A DNA stretch of 64,000 nucleotides, taken from the NCBI GenBank assembly GCA_963977015.1, contig CAXBMO010000014.1, positions 32,001 through 96,000 of the forward strand, given 5' to 3'. This document shows positions 34,214 to 43,516 of the stretch, in pieces. Position 1 is the first letter of the stretch. Each line of letters starts with the position of its first letter. Under the pieces are notes generated by a model. It was not told the origin of the DNA and ran no database searches. It saw only the letters and a list, made by a program, of their open reading frames with translations. A program made the position numbers and the translations under genes. This stretch comes from an uncultured bacterium (GTDB lineage Bacteria > Verrucomicrobiota > Verrucomicrobiia > Verrucomicrobiales > DEV007).

Positions 34214-37200
34214 TCAAGTTTCCATCGAGGTTGTATGGAATCTTGCCCTAATTTCCTCGATCCAGCAATAGAGGGTTGGCACGACGAACACGGTCAGAAT
34301 CGCCACCGTCATGCCCCCGAATGTTGGAATTGCCATGGGCACCATCACATCGGAGCCCCGCCCGGTAGAGGTGAGCACCGGGATAAGGGCCAGAATCGTT
34401 GTCGCCGTGGTCATCATCGCTGGCCGGTTGCGGCGCACGGCGGCTTGGATGGTCGCTTCGCGGATTTCTTCCACCGTCTTTGGCCGATCCTTGTTAAAGC
34501 GCTGGGTCAAATACGTCCCCATCAGCACGCCGTCATCCGTGGCGATGCCAAACAGGGCCAGGAAGCCGACCCACACAGCGACGCTGAGGTTGATGGGGCG
34601 AACCTGGAACAATTCGCGCAGGTCGAAGCCGAAGAGCGATACATTGAGGAACCATTCCTGACCGTAGAGCCATAGCAGGATGAATCCGCCGGACCAAGCG
34701 ACAAAGATGCCGGTGAATACCAAGAGCGTGGTGGTGACGTTCTTAAACTGAAAATAGATAATGATGAAAATGAGAAAGAGTGCCAGCGGGACGACCACCA
34801 TCAGCTTCTTTTCCGCGCGAACCTGATTTTCGTAAGACCCGGTAAAGCGATAGCTGACACCCGCCGGGATTCCCAACTCGCCTTCCTGTTTTTTGCGGTT
34901 CAGGTAACGCGTGGCCTCTTCCACCACATCGACCTCGGCAAAGCCAGGCTTCTTGTCAAAGATAACGTAGCCTACCAGGAAGGTGTCTTCGCTCTTGATC
35001 GCTTGGGGGCCGCGGACGTATTCGATTTCAGCCAATTGCCGGATCGGAATCTGGGTGCCGTCCGGCGCCGGAATGAGGATGCCACCGAGGCTTTCGATGG
35101 TGTCGCGCAACTCACGCTGGTAACGAACCCTGACTGGATATCGCTCGCGACCTTCCACGGTTGTCGTGACGCGGCGACCGCCGATGGCAACTTCGATCAC
35201 GTCCTGGACGCTCTTAATATGCAGGCCGTAGCGGGCGATGGCTTGGCGGTCGATATGAATCTCCAGATACGGCTTGCCCACGATGCGGTCGGCAAACACC
35301 GCCGCGGGTTCGATGGACGGCACTTCTTTCAGCAATCGTTCGATGTCTAGTCCCACTCGCTCGATCGTTTCCAGATCGGGTCCGTAGATCTTCAGTCCCA
35401 TGGGAGCGCGCATCCCGCTTTGTAACATAACGATGCGAGCCGCGATGGGTTGCAGCTTGGGGGCGGAGGTGGAACCGGGAACCTCGGCCGCGGCCACGAT
35501 CGCATCCCAAATGTCGTCGGGCGACTGGATTTCGTCGCGCCATTGCCGGAAAGGCAGGCCTTTCCGATCAGGGATGAGTTCGCCGTCCGGGTCGCGGACA
35601 AATTTCTCCGCTTTCCGGTCATATTTGTAGCGCGTCGGGTGACCGTGCTCGTCCGTCGCGAATTCTGATTTGTAGAGGATGACGGTCTCAAACATCGAGA
35701 TCGGCGCAGGGTCGAGCGGACTCTCCACGCGCCCCAACTTCCCGACCACACTCTCCACTTCCGGGATGGCGCGTATTGCTTGATCCTGGAGCGCCAAGAC
35801 TTCGTAGGCTTCACCAATGGAAGCGTGCGGCATGGCGGTGGGCATCCAGAGATAAGAGCCTTCATCCAGAGGCGGCATGAATTCCTTGCCTAGACCCGGG
35901 AAGGCGTGATAAGCGCCAGACCAAACCGGGTTGTTGCGCGCCCATTCCGGCACGAAACCAAACAAACTCGCGAATCCCTGCCAAACCATCAATCCCGTCA
36001 GGACGACGATCGAGACAAAGCCAATCAGGATCCCCTTGTGATTCAGGCTCCAGCGCAGCATGAGTGGATAAGCTCGAATAAAGAGTAACACGAAAAGTAA
36101 TAGACCGCCGATGAGCGCGATGACGAAAATGAGGTTCAAAATGCCATTCTCCGGACCGAGCGGGAGCCAACTATTAGCCAGGATGATGGCAACAATGAAA
36201 CCGACTGCAATATTGACCGCGTAAAGGCTGCGCTGACTCCAGGCTTCAGGGATGTTTTGCTGCGCTAGCCGGTATCCGGCCAGCAAGATAATGACCATCG
36301 CCGCCCACCAGGGGAACCAACTCGTTGCCAGCGATAATACGAATGCCGCCAAGATGACAGAGCCTTGCACGATCCAGGTATGCCGAGTGCGGTGTTGCGC
36401 GGCTTTCGCGCTGGAAAAGAGTAGATGCGCCAGCGGTGGGATGATGGTGAGGGCCACAATGACCGAGGCGATGAGCGCAAATGTTTTGGTATAAGCCAGG
36501 GGCCGAAAGAGCTTACCCTCCGCTCCTTCCATCGCGAAAACAGGCAAGAAGCTGATGACGGTGGTAAGCACGGCGGTCAGGACCGCGCTGCCGACTTCCG
36601 AGGATGCGCGGTAGACGACTTCAAGTCGGTTGTCTTCCGGTTTGGCTTCTTCCTGATGGTTCAGGATGTTTTCGCAAATTACGATGCCCATGTCGACAAT
36701 CGTGCCAATCGCAATCGCAATGCCGGACAACGCCACGATATTGGCATCGACACCAAACCGCTTCATTGCGATGAAGGTCACCAGGATGGCCAGTGGTAGC
36801 ATCATCGCGATGAGCAGAGAGCTGCGCAGGTGCATCACAATGAGAATGACCACAATGCAGGTAACGAGCACTTCCTCGGTCAAGGCGGTATTGAGCGTCC
36901 CCAGCGTCTCGTTGATGAGTCCGGTTCTATCATAAAACGGCACAACCGCCACTTTACTAACCGTGCCATCCGCCAATGTCATTTCCGGCAAGCCGGGCGA
37001 AATTTCGGCGATCTTCGCCTTCACCCTTTTGATCACTTCCAGCGGATTGGCGCCGTAACGCACCACCACCACACCGCCCACGGCATCGGCCCCCTCCTTA
37101 TCCAGAGCCCCGCGCCGCAAGGCTGGTCCCCGCTCGATCTCCGCGATTTGGGCAAGGGTAACCGGAACATTGTTAGACACCTTCACGACGATCTGTCGAA

Positions 37201-38008
37201 TATCGTCCAGGTTCTCGATGAACCCGAGCCCCCGGATTACGTATTCCGCCCGGTTGATCTCGATGGTGCGTGCGCCGACGTCCAGATTCGACATCTTGAC
37301 CGCGTTAAACACCATCTCCAGCGTCACGCCATAAGCGCGCATCGCATCGGGATCGACGTCGATCTGGTATTCTTTAACGAAGCCGCCAATCGAAGCGGCC
37401 TCCGCCACACCTTCGACCGATTGAAGCGCATAACGAACGTAGAAATCCTGGATACTACGCAGTTCCTGGGGATCCCAACCCGGAGCGGGGTTTCCTTCCT
37501 TATCTCGTCCTTCGAGCGTATACCAATAAACCTGCCCAAGCGCCGTTGCATCAGGCCCCAACATCGGGGTTACGCTTTCCGGCAACGTGCCCACCGGAAG
37601 GCTGTTGAGCTTCTCCAAAACCCGGCTTCTGCTCCAGTAAAACTCCGCCTTTTCGTTGAAGATGATGTAGATCGACGAGAAACCGAAAAAGGAATAGCTG
37701 CGAACGGTCTTTACCTCCGGAATGCCCAGCAGCGACACCGTGAGCGGGTAGGTGATTTGATCCTCAACGTCTTGCGGCGAACGACCCATCCACTCCGTGA
37801 ACACGATTTGCTGGTTCTCGCCGATATCGGGAATGGCATCTACCGGCACCGGATCGCGAGGCAGGCCACCGACTTCCCAATCAAACGGAGCCACGAGAGT
37901 TCCCCAAACCACGAACATGGCCAGGACCAGGAAAACGACGAGCTTGTTCTCCAGGCAAAAGCGGATTACCGCATCGACTGGAGAGAGAGGGGGGGCTTCA
38001 CTTGCCAT
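34214..38008 (-). CDS. cusA: Heavy-metal efflux RND permease (CusA/CzcA family)
   Basis: PVDAIPDIGENQQIVFTEWMGRSPQDVEDQITYPL, LGPDAT, GIAIAIG, EFMPPLDEG, RPAMMTT. Confidence 0.93.
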   Translation of the reverse strand: MASEAPPLSPVDAVIRFCLENKLVVFLVLAMFVVWGTLVAPFDWEVGGLPRDPVPVDAIPDIGENQQIVFTEWMGRSPQDVEDQITYPLTVSLLGIPEVKTVRSYSFFGFSSIYIIFNEKAEFYWSRSRVLEKLNSLPVGTLPESVTPMLGPDATALGQVYWYTLEGRDKEGNPAPGWDPQELRSIQDFYVRYALQSVEGVAEAASIGGFVKEYQIDVDPDAMRAYGVTLEMVFNAVKMSNLDVGARTIEINRAEYVIRGLGFIENLDDIRQIVVKVSNNVPVTLAQIAEIERGPALRRGALDKEGADAVGGVVVVRYGANPLEVIKRVKAKIAEISPGLPEMTLADGTVSKVAVVPFYDRTGLINETLGTLNTALTEEVLVTCIVVILIVMHLRSSLLIAMMLPLAILVTFIAMKRFGVDANIVALSGIAIAIGTIVDMGIVICENILNHQEEAKPEDNRLEVVYRASSEVGSAVLTAVLTTVISFLPVFAMEGAEGKLFRPLAYTKTFALIASVIVALTIIPPLAHLLFSSAKAAQHRTRHTWIVQGSVILAAFVLSLATSWFPWWAAMVIILLAGYRLAQQNIPEAWSQRSLYAVNIAVGFIVAIILANSWLPLGPENGILNLIFVIALIGGLLLFVLLFIRAYPLMLRWSLNHKGILIGFVSIVVLTGLMVWQGFASLFGFVPEWARNNPVWSGAYHAFPGLGKEFMPPLDEGSYLWMPTAMPHASIGEAYEVLALQDQAIRAIPEVESVVGKLGRVESPLDPAPISMFETVILYKSEFATDEHGHPTRYKYDRKAEKFVRDPDGELIPDRKGLPFRQWRDEIQSPDDIWDAIVAAAEVPGSTSAPKLQPIAARIVMLQSGMRAPMGLKIYGPDLETIERVGLDIERLLKEVPSIEPAAVFADRIVGKPYLEIHIDRQAIARYGLHIKSVQDVIEVAIGGRRVTTTVEGRERYPVRVRYQRELRDTIESLGGILIPAPDGTQIPIRQLAEIEYVRGPQAIKSEDTFLVGYVIFDKKPGFAEVDVVEEATRYLNRKKQEGELGIPAGVSYRFTGSYENQVRAEKKLMVVVPLALFLIFIIIYFQFKNVTTTLLVFTGIFVAWSGGFILLWLYGQEWFLNVSLFGFDLRELFQVRPINLSVAVWVGFLALFGIATDDGVLMGTYLTQRFNKDRPKTVEEIREATIQAAVRRNRPAMMTTATTILALIPVLTSTGRGSDVMVPMAIPTFGGMTVAILTVFVVPTLYCWIEEIRARFHTTSMET

Positions 38009-40418
38009 GGTCGTGTGATTCCTTCGGGGATGGAACTAGAGTCTCTTCCACGCTGCCACATTTCAGCATCGCCGCCCCGAAATACGGGTTGCGGATTTCC
38101 TCGCCAAGTTGCAGCCAATCGCCGCCCTGGTTATCGAACGCCATGGGGCAATGGGCGCGGAAAATTTGGTCGATCCCGGCTAGGCCGAACGATCGCAAAC
38201 TACTGATCAAGGTGTCGCTCAATGCTTTGAATTCAACGCGCGCGGTTTTGAGATCCTTGGCTCCGGCCAAATGTGCAGCAGCGGTTTTCAGCGGCTCCAA
38301 GTGCGCCATCCAGGCCATGTGGGCATCGCCTTCCAATAGGGCCATATCGACCTTTGCCAGAGAGTCGCCAACAGCGGTGGTGGCGGATTTTGCCTTTGCC
38401 AAATCATCTTCGGCCAGGGCCGTGCTCACCGCCTCGTAAGCCTGGACGACCGCACCGAGTTGCGCCTGAAAATTCGGGTCCGCCGCGTATTGATCCGGCT
38501 TTTCGGCTTGGGCCGAAATCGTGGCTTTCACGTCGCCGCAGTTCAGCATTTTGTCGCCAAAGTAAGGGTTGCGAATCTCATCGCCAAGTTGCAGCCAATC
38601 GCCGCCTTTGTTGTCGAAGGCCATGGGACAATGGGCGTGAACCAGCGACTTCTCCGGGGCGAGGGCGAAGACATGCGCTGCGCGAATCAGCGTCTGCGAA
38701 AGCGTCGAAAAAGCGACACGGGCAAGCTCGATATCCTTGGCGGAGGCGATCAAGTCAGCGGAGCCCCGGATCGGCGCGAGTTGGTTCATCCACTCCAAGT
38801 GAGCCTCTTCATCGAGCAGGTTCATGTCCACCTTCGCGAGGGCGACGGCGACGGAGTTGGCTGCCGTTTTCGCCTTTTCCAAATCGCTGGCCACGAGCGC
38901 CCTTTGCAACTCCAGGTAGGCCTTATAAACCGTGGTCAGTTGCGCTTCAAACTCCGGGCTTACGTCGTAGGTAAGCATCTTGTGTTCGCCGCGAGCTTGG
39001 CGCGGCCCGCCGTGATCGTGCCCACCGGAACCGCCTCCGCCATTGGGATTCATCATGCTGGGTTTGGCCACGATTTGCAGGGCACTGTCGATCTTGAAAT
39101 TGCCTTGGGCGACGACTCGCTCTCCTTCCATCAACCCTTCTTCAACAATATAATCGCCTCCGGCGCGGGGACCTACCAGGATTTCACGCCCTTCGTAGGT
39201 GGGCTGAGCTTGGTCGGGAACTTCCACGTAAACGACCGCGCGGCGTCCGGTGCGCAAAACGGCGGCTGCGGGCACCACCAGCGGCGCTTCTCGCTTCCTA
39301 ACGCCCGTGTAGTCCAGATCCTCGGCCTTGACCAGGGCCATGCCGCAAACCGGGCAGTCGCCAGGTTCGTCGCGAACGATCTCGGGGTGCATGGGGCTAA
39401 TCCATTTGCCCGCCAATGCCGGAGCAATCACCTTGCCTTCGCCCGCCAGCGTCGCCCTGACGGTGGCGTGGACGAACATGTCCGGCTTCAGCGCTTCATT
39501 CGGGTTTTCCGCGTTCACCCGCACCCGGATCGTCCGCGTTTTGGGATCGAGCGTGGGCGAGACAAACGAAACGATTCCCTCAAAGGTTCGTCCTGGGACG
39601 GCCTCGGCCGTAAACTCAACGGGTTGGCCGTAACGCAGCCAGGGCAGGTCGGACTCGTAGGCCTCCAGCATCACCCAGACCTTGCTCAAATCCGCGATCA
39701 TAAAGAGCGGCTGCCCGGTTTTGACATAGTCCCCCTCGCTGACGTGTTTTTGGATAACGATGCCACCCAGCGGGCTATCGATATCCAGCCGGTCGGTGGT
39801 CTCTTGGTTGCTCTCGATGGACCGGATGCGTTCGGCGGACAGGCCCCAGAGGCGAAGCTTGTCGCGCGCGACCTTTACGTTGGAACCAAAGCGCAACGCG
39901 GAAATGAGTTCGGATTGCGCAGTGAGGAGTTCCGGGCTGTAAACTTGCGCTAAATGGTCGCCCTTGCGGACGGAAATCCCGGTGTAGTCCACGTAGAGCC
40001 GGTCAATCCTGGCGGGGAAGTAGGCGGCCACGGTTTTAGTGCTGGTCTCGTCGAAGGCAACCTTCCCGACCAGCCGGATCTCCGCATCGACGAAGCGACG
40101 CTCGACCGACACAGTGGTGATTTTCGCCAATTGCCGGGCGCTCTCGGTCATCACCAGTTGACGCGGATTATCTTTCCCGGAACCGCCCTTTTTTAGCGGA
40201 ATCAAATCCATGGCGCAAATGGGACATTTTCCGGGCTTCGGCTGCTGGATTTGCGGATGCATGGAGCAGGTCCAAATCGAGACTTGTTCTCCACCGGCGG
40301 GCGAAGAACCATGGTCATGTCCGCCACCGCTAAACAAAGCGCCTAAAGTCCATCCTGCCAAAATCAAGATCGCTCCCAGAGCAAGGGTTTTCGGATTTTT
40401 GAGCAAGGTGAGTTTCAT
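37998..40418 (-). CDS. cusB: RND periplasmic adaptor (CusB-like) with two metal-binding domains and two C-terminal DUF3347 domains
   Basis: WTCSMHPQI..PGKCPICAM, YSPEL, WISPMHPE..CPVCGM, and two HCPMAFDN.GGDWLQ..IRNPYFG. Confidence 0.9.
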   Translation of the reverse strand: MKLTLLKNPKTLALGAILILAGWTLGALFSGGGHDHGSSPAGGEQVSIWTCSMHPQIQQPKPGKCPICAMDLIPLKKGGSGKDNPRQLVMTESARQLAKITTVSVERRFVDAEIRLVGKVAFDETSTKTVAAYFPARIDRLYVDYTGISVRKGDHLAQVYSPELLTAQSELISALRFGSNVKVARDKLRLWGLSAERIRSIESNQETTDRLDIDSPLGGIVIQKHVSEGDYVKTGQPLFMIADLSKVWVMLEAYESDLPWLRYGQPVEFTAEAVPGRTFEGIVSFVSPTLDPKTRTIRVRVNAENPNEALKPDMFVHATVRATLAGEGKVIAPALAGKWISPMHPEIVRDEPGDCPVCGMALVKAEDLDYTGVRKREAPLVVPAAAVLRTGRRAVVYVEVPDQAQPTYEGREILVGPRAGGDYIVEEGLMEGERVVAQGNFKIDSALQIVAKPSMMNPNGGGGSGGHDHGGPRQARGEHKMLTYDVSPEFEAQLTTVYKAYLELQRALVASDLEKAKTAANSVAVALAKVDMNLLDEEAHLEWMNQLAPIRGSADLIASAKDIELARVAFSTLSQTLIRAAHVFALAPEKSLVHAHCPMAFDNKGGDWLQLGDEIRNPYFGDKMLNCGDVKATISAQAEKPDQYAADPNFQAQLGAVVQAYEAVSTALAEDDLAKAKSATTAVGDSLAKVDMALLEGDAHMAWMAHLEPLKTAAAHLAGAKDLKTARVEFKALSDTLISSLRSFGLAGIDQIFRAHCPMAFDNQGGDWLQLGEEIRNPYFGAAMLKCGSVEETLVPSPKESHDHGK

Positions 40419-40421
40419 GTT

Positions 40422-41687
40422 CTATTTGGGACGTTTCCCAGTGAGAGTTTGGAGACGCACCAGGCTTTGGTATTGGTCGGCCACGGCGCGCCAATAGTTG
40501 CGCTCGATTTCCAAAAGAGAGCGTTCGCTGTCGATGAGATCGAGGATGCTCGCACGATCGGCCTTATAGCTTTGCTCGGTGACTTCGACGGCCTGACGCG
40601 CTTTGGGCAGCAACGTCGTGCCATACAGTACGATTCGCTCTTCGGCTTCGGCGAGATCTTGCAGTATGCGTTCCAATTGCGCGAGAAGTTCGTTTTCGCG
40701 GTTGGACAGTGTCTTCTTAGCCGCATTGTATCTAGCCTGTGCCTCGCGTTTTTCCGCTTTATACTTACCTGACCAGAGAGGGATCGAGAAACTGACCTGA
40801 ACCGCCCAGGGATCGTCGCCACTCCCCACCGTGGCCGGATTCAACGCATTGCCGGTATCGAAAGCTCCCACGCCGACAGTCGGATCTGGAATGGGGCTCA
40901 ACTTGCTCAGCTTTACCGCTTCCGCCGCCTTTTCGATACCGCTTTGCAGCGACTTCAACTCCGGGTTTTCGGATAAGAGGGTGGCGACCAATTCTGATCT
41001 GCCGGGTTGATGGCGCGGAGGACTGAGCAACGCGGGAAACTGCAGCGCGTTCGTATTACGCCGACCTAGCAGGGCGTCTATAGCCGCGCTTTGGCTGCCC
41101 CGCTGCTTTTCCAACGCTTGAAGCATGTCGCGATTCTTGGCGATTTCGACTTCCAGCCGCAACAAGGGCGCTAAATCCCCACCGCCGCGAACCTTCTCCT
41201 CCACATTCGGCTGAAGCCGCTCCAATAAGGTGAGAACTTCGCGAGTGATCTTAGTGGCCTCTCCGAGGTAGCCATAATTGTAGTAAGCAACGCCAATCTC
41301 TTTTGCCAAAGCCAGAATTTGGGCCTGGTAGAGGTGCTCGATGGCTTCAGCCTCCTTGGACGCAACTTCTCCGCGAAGCCGCCGTTTCCCAAACCAGGGA
41401 AACATTTGGCTGAAGAACACCTGGTTTTCCTGGGGGCCAGTGCGGGTCTGGATGTCTTCAACGAAGTGGGTTGCCGTCATTTTTGGATCTGGCAGGCTTC
41501 GAGCCTGGGGAATTTTTTCCAGAACAGCCTGATAGTTTTCGTATTCGGCCTGTAACCCCGGATTGTTGGCAATGCCGAATGCGAGGTAGTCGGTTAGGGA
41601 GCTAGACTCAGAAAGCGTGGCGGCCCCCCCTGTGACAGTGATGCAGAACGCCGCCAAAGAAGCGAAGAGAAAGGAAGGTGATGTCAT
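40422..41687 (-). CDS. TolC-family outer membrane efflux protein
   Basis: ANNPGL, SLPDP, SQMFPWFGK, SIPLW, LDLIDSER; directly upstream of the adaptor and RND genes. Confidence 0.9.
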   Translation of the reverse strand: MTSPSFLFASLAAFCITVTGGAATLSESSSLTDYLAFGIANNPGLQAEYENYQAVLEKIPQARSLPDPKMTATHFVEDIQTRTGPQENQVFFSQMFPWFGKRRLRGEVASKEAEAIEHLYQAQILALAKEIGVAYYNYGYLGEATKITREVLTLLERLQPNVEEKVRGGGDLAPLLRLEVEIAKNRDMLQALEKQRGSQSAAIDALLGRRNTNALQFPALLSPPRHQPGRSELVATLLSENPELKSLQSGIEKAAEAVKLSKLSPIPDPTVGVGAFDTGNALNPATVGSGDDPWAVQVSFSIPLWSGKYKAEKREAQARYNAAKKTLSNRENELLAQLERILQDLAEAEERIVLYGTTLLPKARQAVEVTEQSYKADRASILDLIDSERSLLEIERNYWRAVADQYQSLVRLQTLTGKRPK

Positions 41688-41786
41688 GTGTGCGCGTAGA
41701 ACTTTCCTTTCAAAAATCGTCTACAAGGGGAGCGAAGTCAAAGCGCCATCTGGTTGCTCGGTTAGGATTGTGAGGATTGTGGAAGG

Positions 41787-42239
41787 CTATTCTGCTTTCG
41801 GTTTTTTCGGTGCGCCACAATTCGGCATTTGGCTTCCGAAATACGGGTTTTGGACGTGAGCAGCGTGTTCCTTGCTTTGCAGCCAATCTCCGCCGCCACC
41901 CTTCACCATCGGGCAATGCATCACCACATAACCTTCACGCTTTTCGGCCATCTTTATCGCTTCAGCACTGAGCATCTTGAAATGGCCACGGGCCTCTTCG
42001 AGCGATTTAGCCGCGGCAATGGCCTCGGCATGTGGCGCGCAGGCGCTTTCCTCATCGTGATGAGCCATCTTCGCGGCCTCCGCTTTCGCCGTCTCCAGGT
42101 TGTCCTGAAAGAGAGCGTGTGCGACTTTTTGGTAGCCCTGAAGCATGTGGCCCGCATGGGCCTCATGACCTTTGTCTGCGATTGCCGTTGGGACGAGCGC
42201 GGCGCTCAGTAGGATGAGAAGAGTGGTGGTAACTTTCAT
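41787..42239 (-). CDS. Secreted DUF3347-domain protein
   Basis: Signal peptide; HCPMVKGGGGDWLQ...NPYFGSQMPNCG. Confidence 0.82.
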   Translation of the reverse strand: MKVTTTLLILLSAALVPTAIADKGHEAHAGHMLQGYQKVAHALFQDNLETAKAEAAKMAHHDEESACAPHAEAIAAAKSLEEARGHFKMLSAEAIKMAEKREGYVVMHCPMVKGGGGDWLQSKEHAAHVQNPYFGSQMPNCGAPKKPKAE

Positions 42240-42287
42240 GGATGTTTGAGTTTGGGATTTGGAGTTTTGGTAGTTGTCACCGGCTTG

Positions 42288-42312
42288 AACGCCGTCCAAC
42301 TCCCGCCCCCTC
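42288..42312 (-). promoter_or_regulatory. Putative ECF promoter GAGGG-N16-CGTT (DUF3347-tolC-cusB-cusA)
   Basis: Exact motif. Confidence 0.7.
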
Positions 42313-42391
42313 AAACTTTCTCAGAGAAAGCATCGAAGTCCTGAATTTCTAAGGTGGAAACAGCGGCTCGCGAGAATATTCAGAAAAATAT

Positions 42392-42416
42392 GAGGGATGA
42401 TTCTTTGGGCGTCGTT
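42392..42416 (+). promoter_or_regulatory. Putative ECF promoter GAGGG-N16-CGTT (small secreted protein)
   Basis: Exact motif, divergent from the efflux promoter. Confidence 0.6.
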
Positions 42417-42443
42417 GAACCCCTATGAACAACCTCTGTAACA

Positions 42444-42701
42444 ATGAAAAAACCCATCTACTTCATATCCTTCCTCGTTTTGGCAGTCGGCATCTCTTGG
42501 GCCGTGCCGCCAAGCAAGACCAACTACCAGTCCTTCCAGCGCATCCGCAAGGAGCATCAGGAAAAGGCTAGGGAAGCCAAGGCATCGGGCCAAAACGTCC
42601 AGCAATCGGCGCAACGCCAGACGACCGTAGGACTCAACGTCGGCAAGCAAGAGAGGAAACCTTCGATCATCCAAAAATATCGCCAACGCAAAGGGCACTA
42701 A
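42444..42701 (+). CDS. Small basic secreted hypothetical protein
   Basis: Signal peptide; has an upstream motif copy and a downstream hairpin. Confidence 0.6.
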   Translation: MKKPIYFISFLVLAVGISWAVPPSKTNYQSFQRIRKEHQEKAREAKASGQNVQQSAQRQTTVGLNVGKQERKPSIIQKYRQRKGH

Positions 42702-42733
42702 TTTCTCTGCCCTGCCTAACCTGACAACCAACT

Positions 42734-42774
42734 GGAAGCCGGAGCGCGAACCTGCCCTCGCGTTTCGGCTTTCC
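42734..42774 (+). terminator. Probable intrinsic terminator hairpin
   Basis: GGAAGCCGGAGCGCGA-loop-TCGCGTTTCGGCTTTCC. Confidence 0.5.
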
Positions 42775-43052
42775 GCGTTTCGAGATGCGGGCGAGGATGA
42801 TACCTGGCACTGAACCTGCTGTCTGTCGCGATCATGTGATATTCAGTCTTTGGTGTTCAGTCTGGAACTCTAAAGTCTAGAGCGAATCAGTATGGGAGTG
42901 GCGTCAGTTCGAAACTCACACTTCAGACACTTCTTGGTTCCAAAGTGCAGATCACGTCTCACTCTTGGAGAAAGGGGAAAGGGGCATTGAGTTGATCGAA
43001 GAAATGAAGAAATCGAACTGGTCTCGGGCATTCATGATTGGTTAGAAGGAGC

Positions 43053-43415
43053 TTAGATCTCTGAAATTGTTCTTTGGTCGAAGTGCAGATCTCGCTCGAT
43101 GCGGAGTCCTGCAGGGCCGCGAATTTCGAGAAGTTCTTCCAGGGAGAAGTAGCCGTATTCCTGCTCGAACCCATCGACCAGCCCGAAGAAGCGCAGGTCT
43201 TCGGGATCAAATTCGGTTGCATACCAGGTCCAGTTACTCCAAGGCGTGAAAAACTTGGCGATGATTTGAGGATCAACGACGTGCTCCTGCCGGCCGACTT
43301 GGGTGAAAGTTTCGAGCAACTCGGCATTGATCAGTTGGTGGCCGGGATGCTCGAATTCGAGCCGGGTGAGGATTTCGTCGAGTGCCGGTGAACGGGAACC
43401 ATCTTCGAGTCCCAT
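43053..43415 (-). CDS. DUF2958 domain protein (ICE/plasmid-associated)
   Basis: [15 protein letters not shown]...FFGLV...[10 protein letters not shown]...IERDLHF. Confidence 0.85.
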   Translation of the reverse strand: MGLEDGSRSPALDEILTRLEFEHPGHQLINAELLETFTQVGRQEHVVDPQIIAKFFTPWSNWTWYATEFDPEDLRFFGLVDGFEQEYGYFSLEELLEIRGPAGLRIERDLHFDQRTISEI

Positions 43416-43516
43416 GGGAAATTGGGTTAAGAGCTAGAATCGAACTGTGGAGCTGGATAGTGGCGGGTAAGTTCCGTCCATTAAGGAAGCGAAAGCGCTG
43501 GATCTTCGTCTATGAT

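Noticed and set aside
36830-39953. Long plus-strand ORFs (458 and 497 aa)
   Set aside because: Antisense to cusA and cusB.
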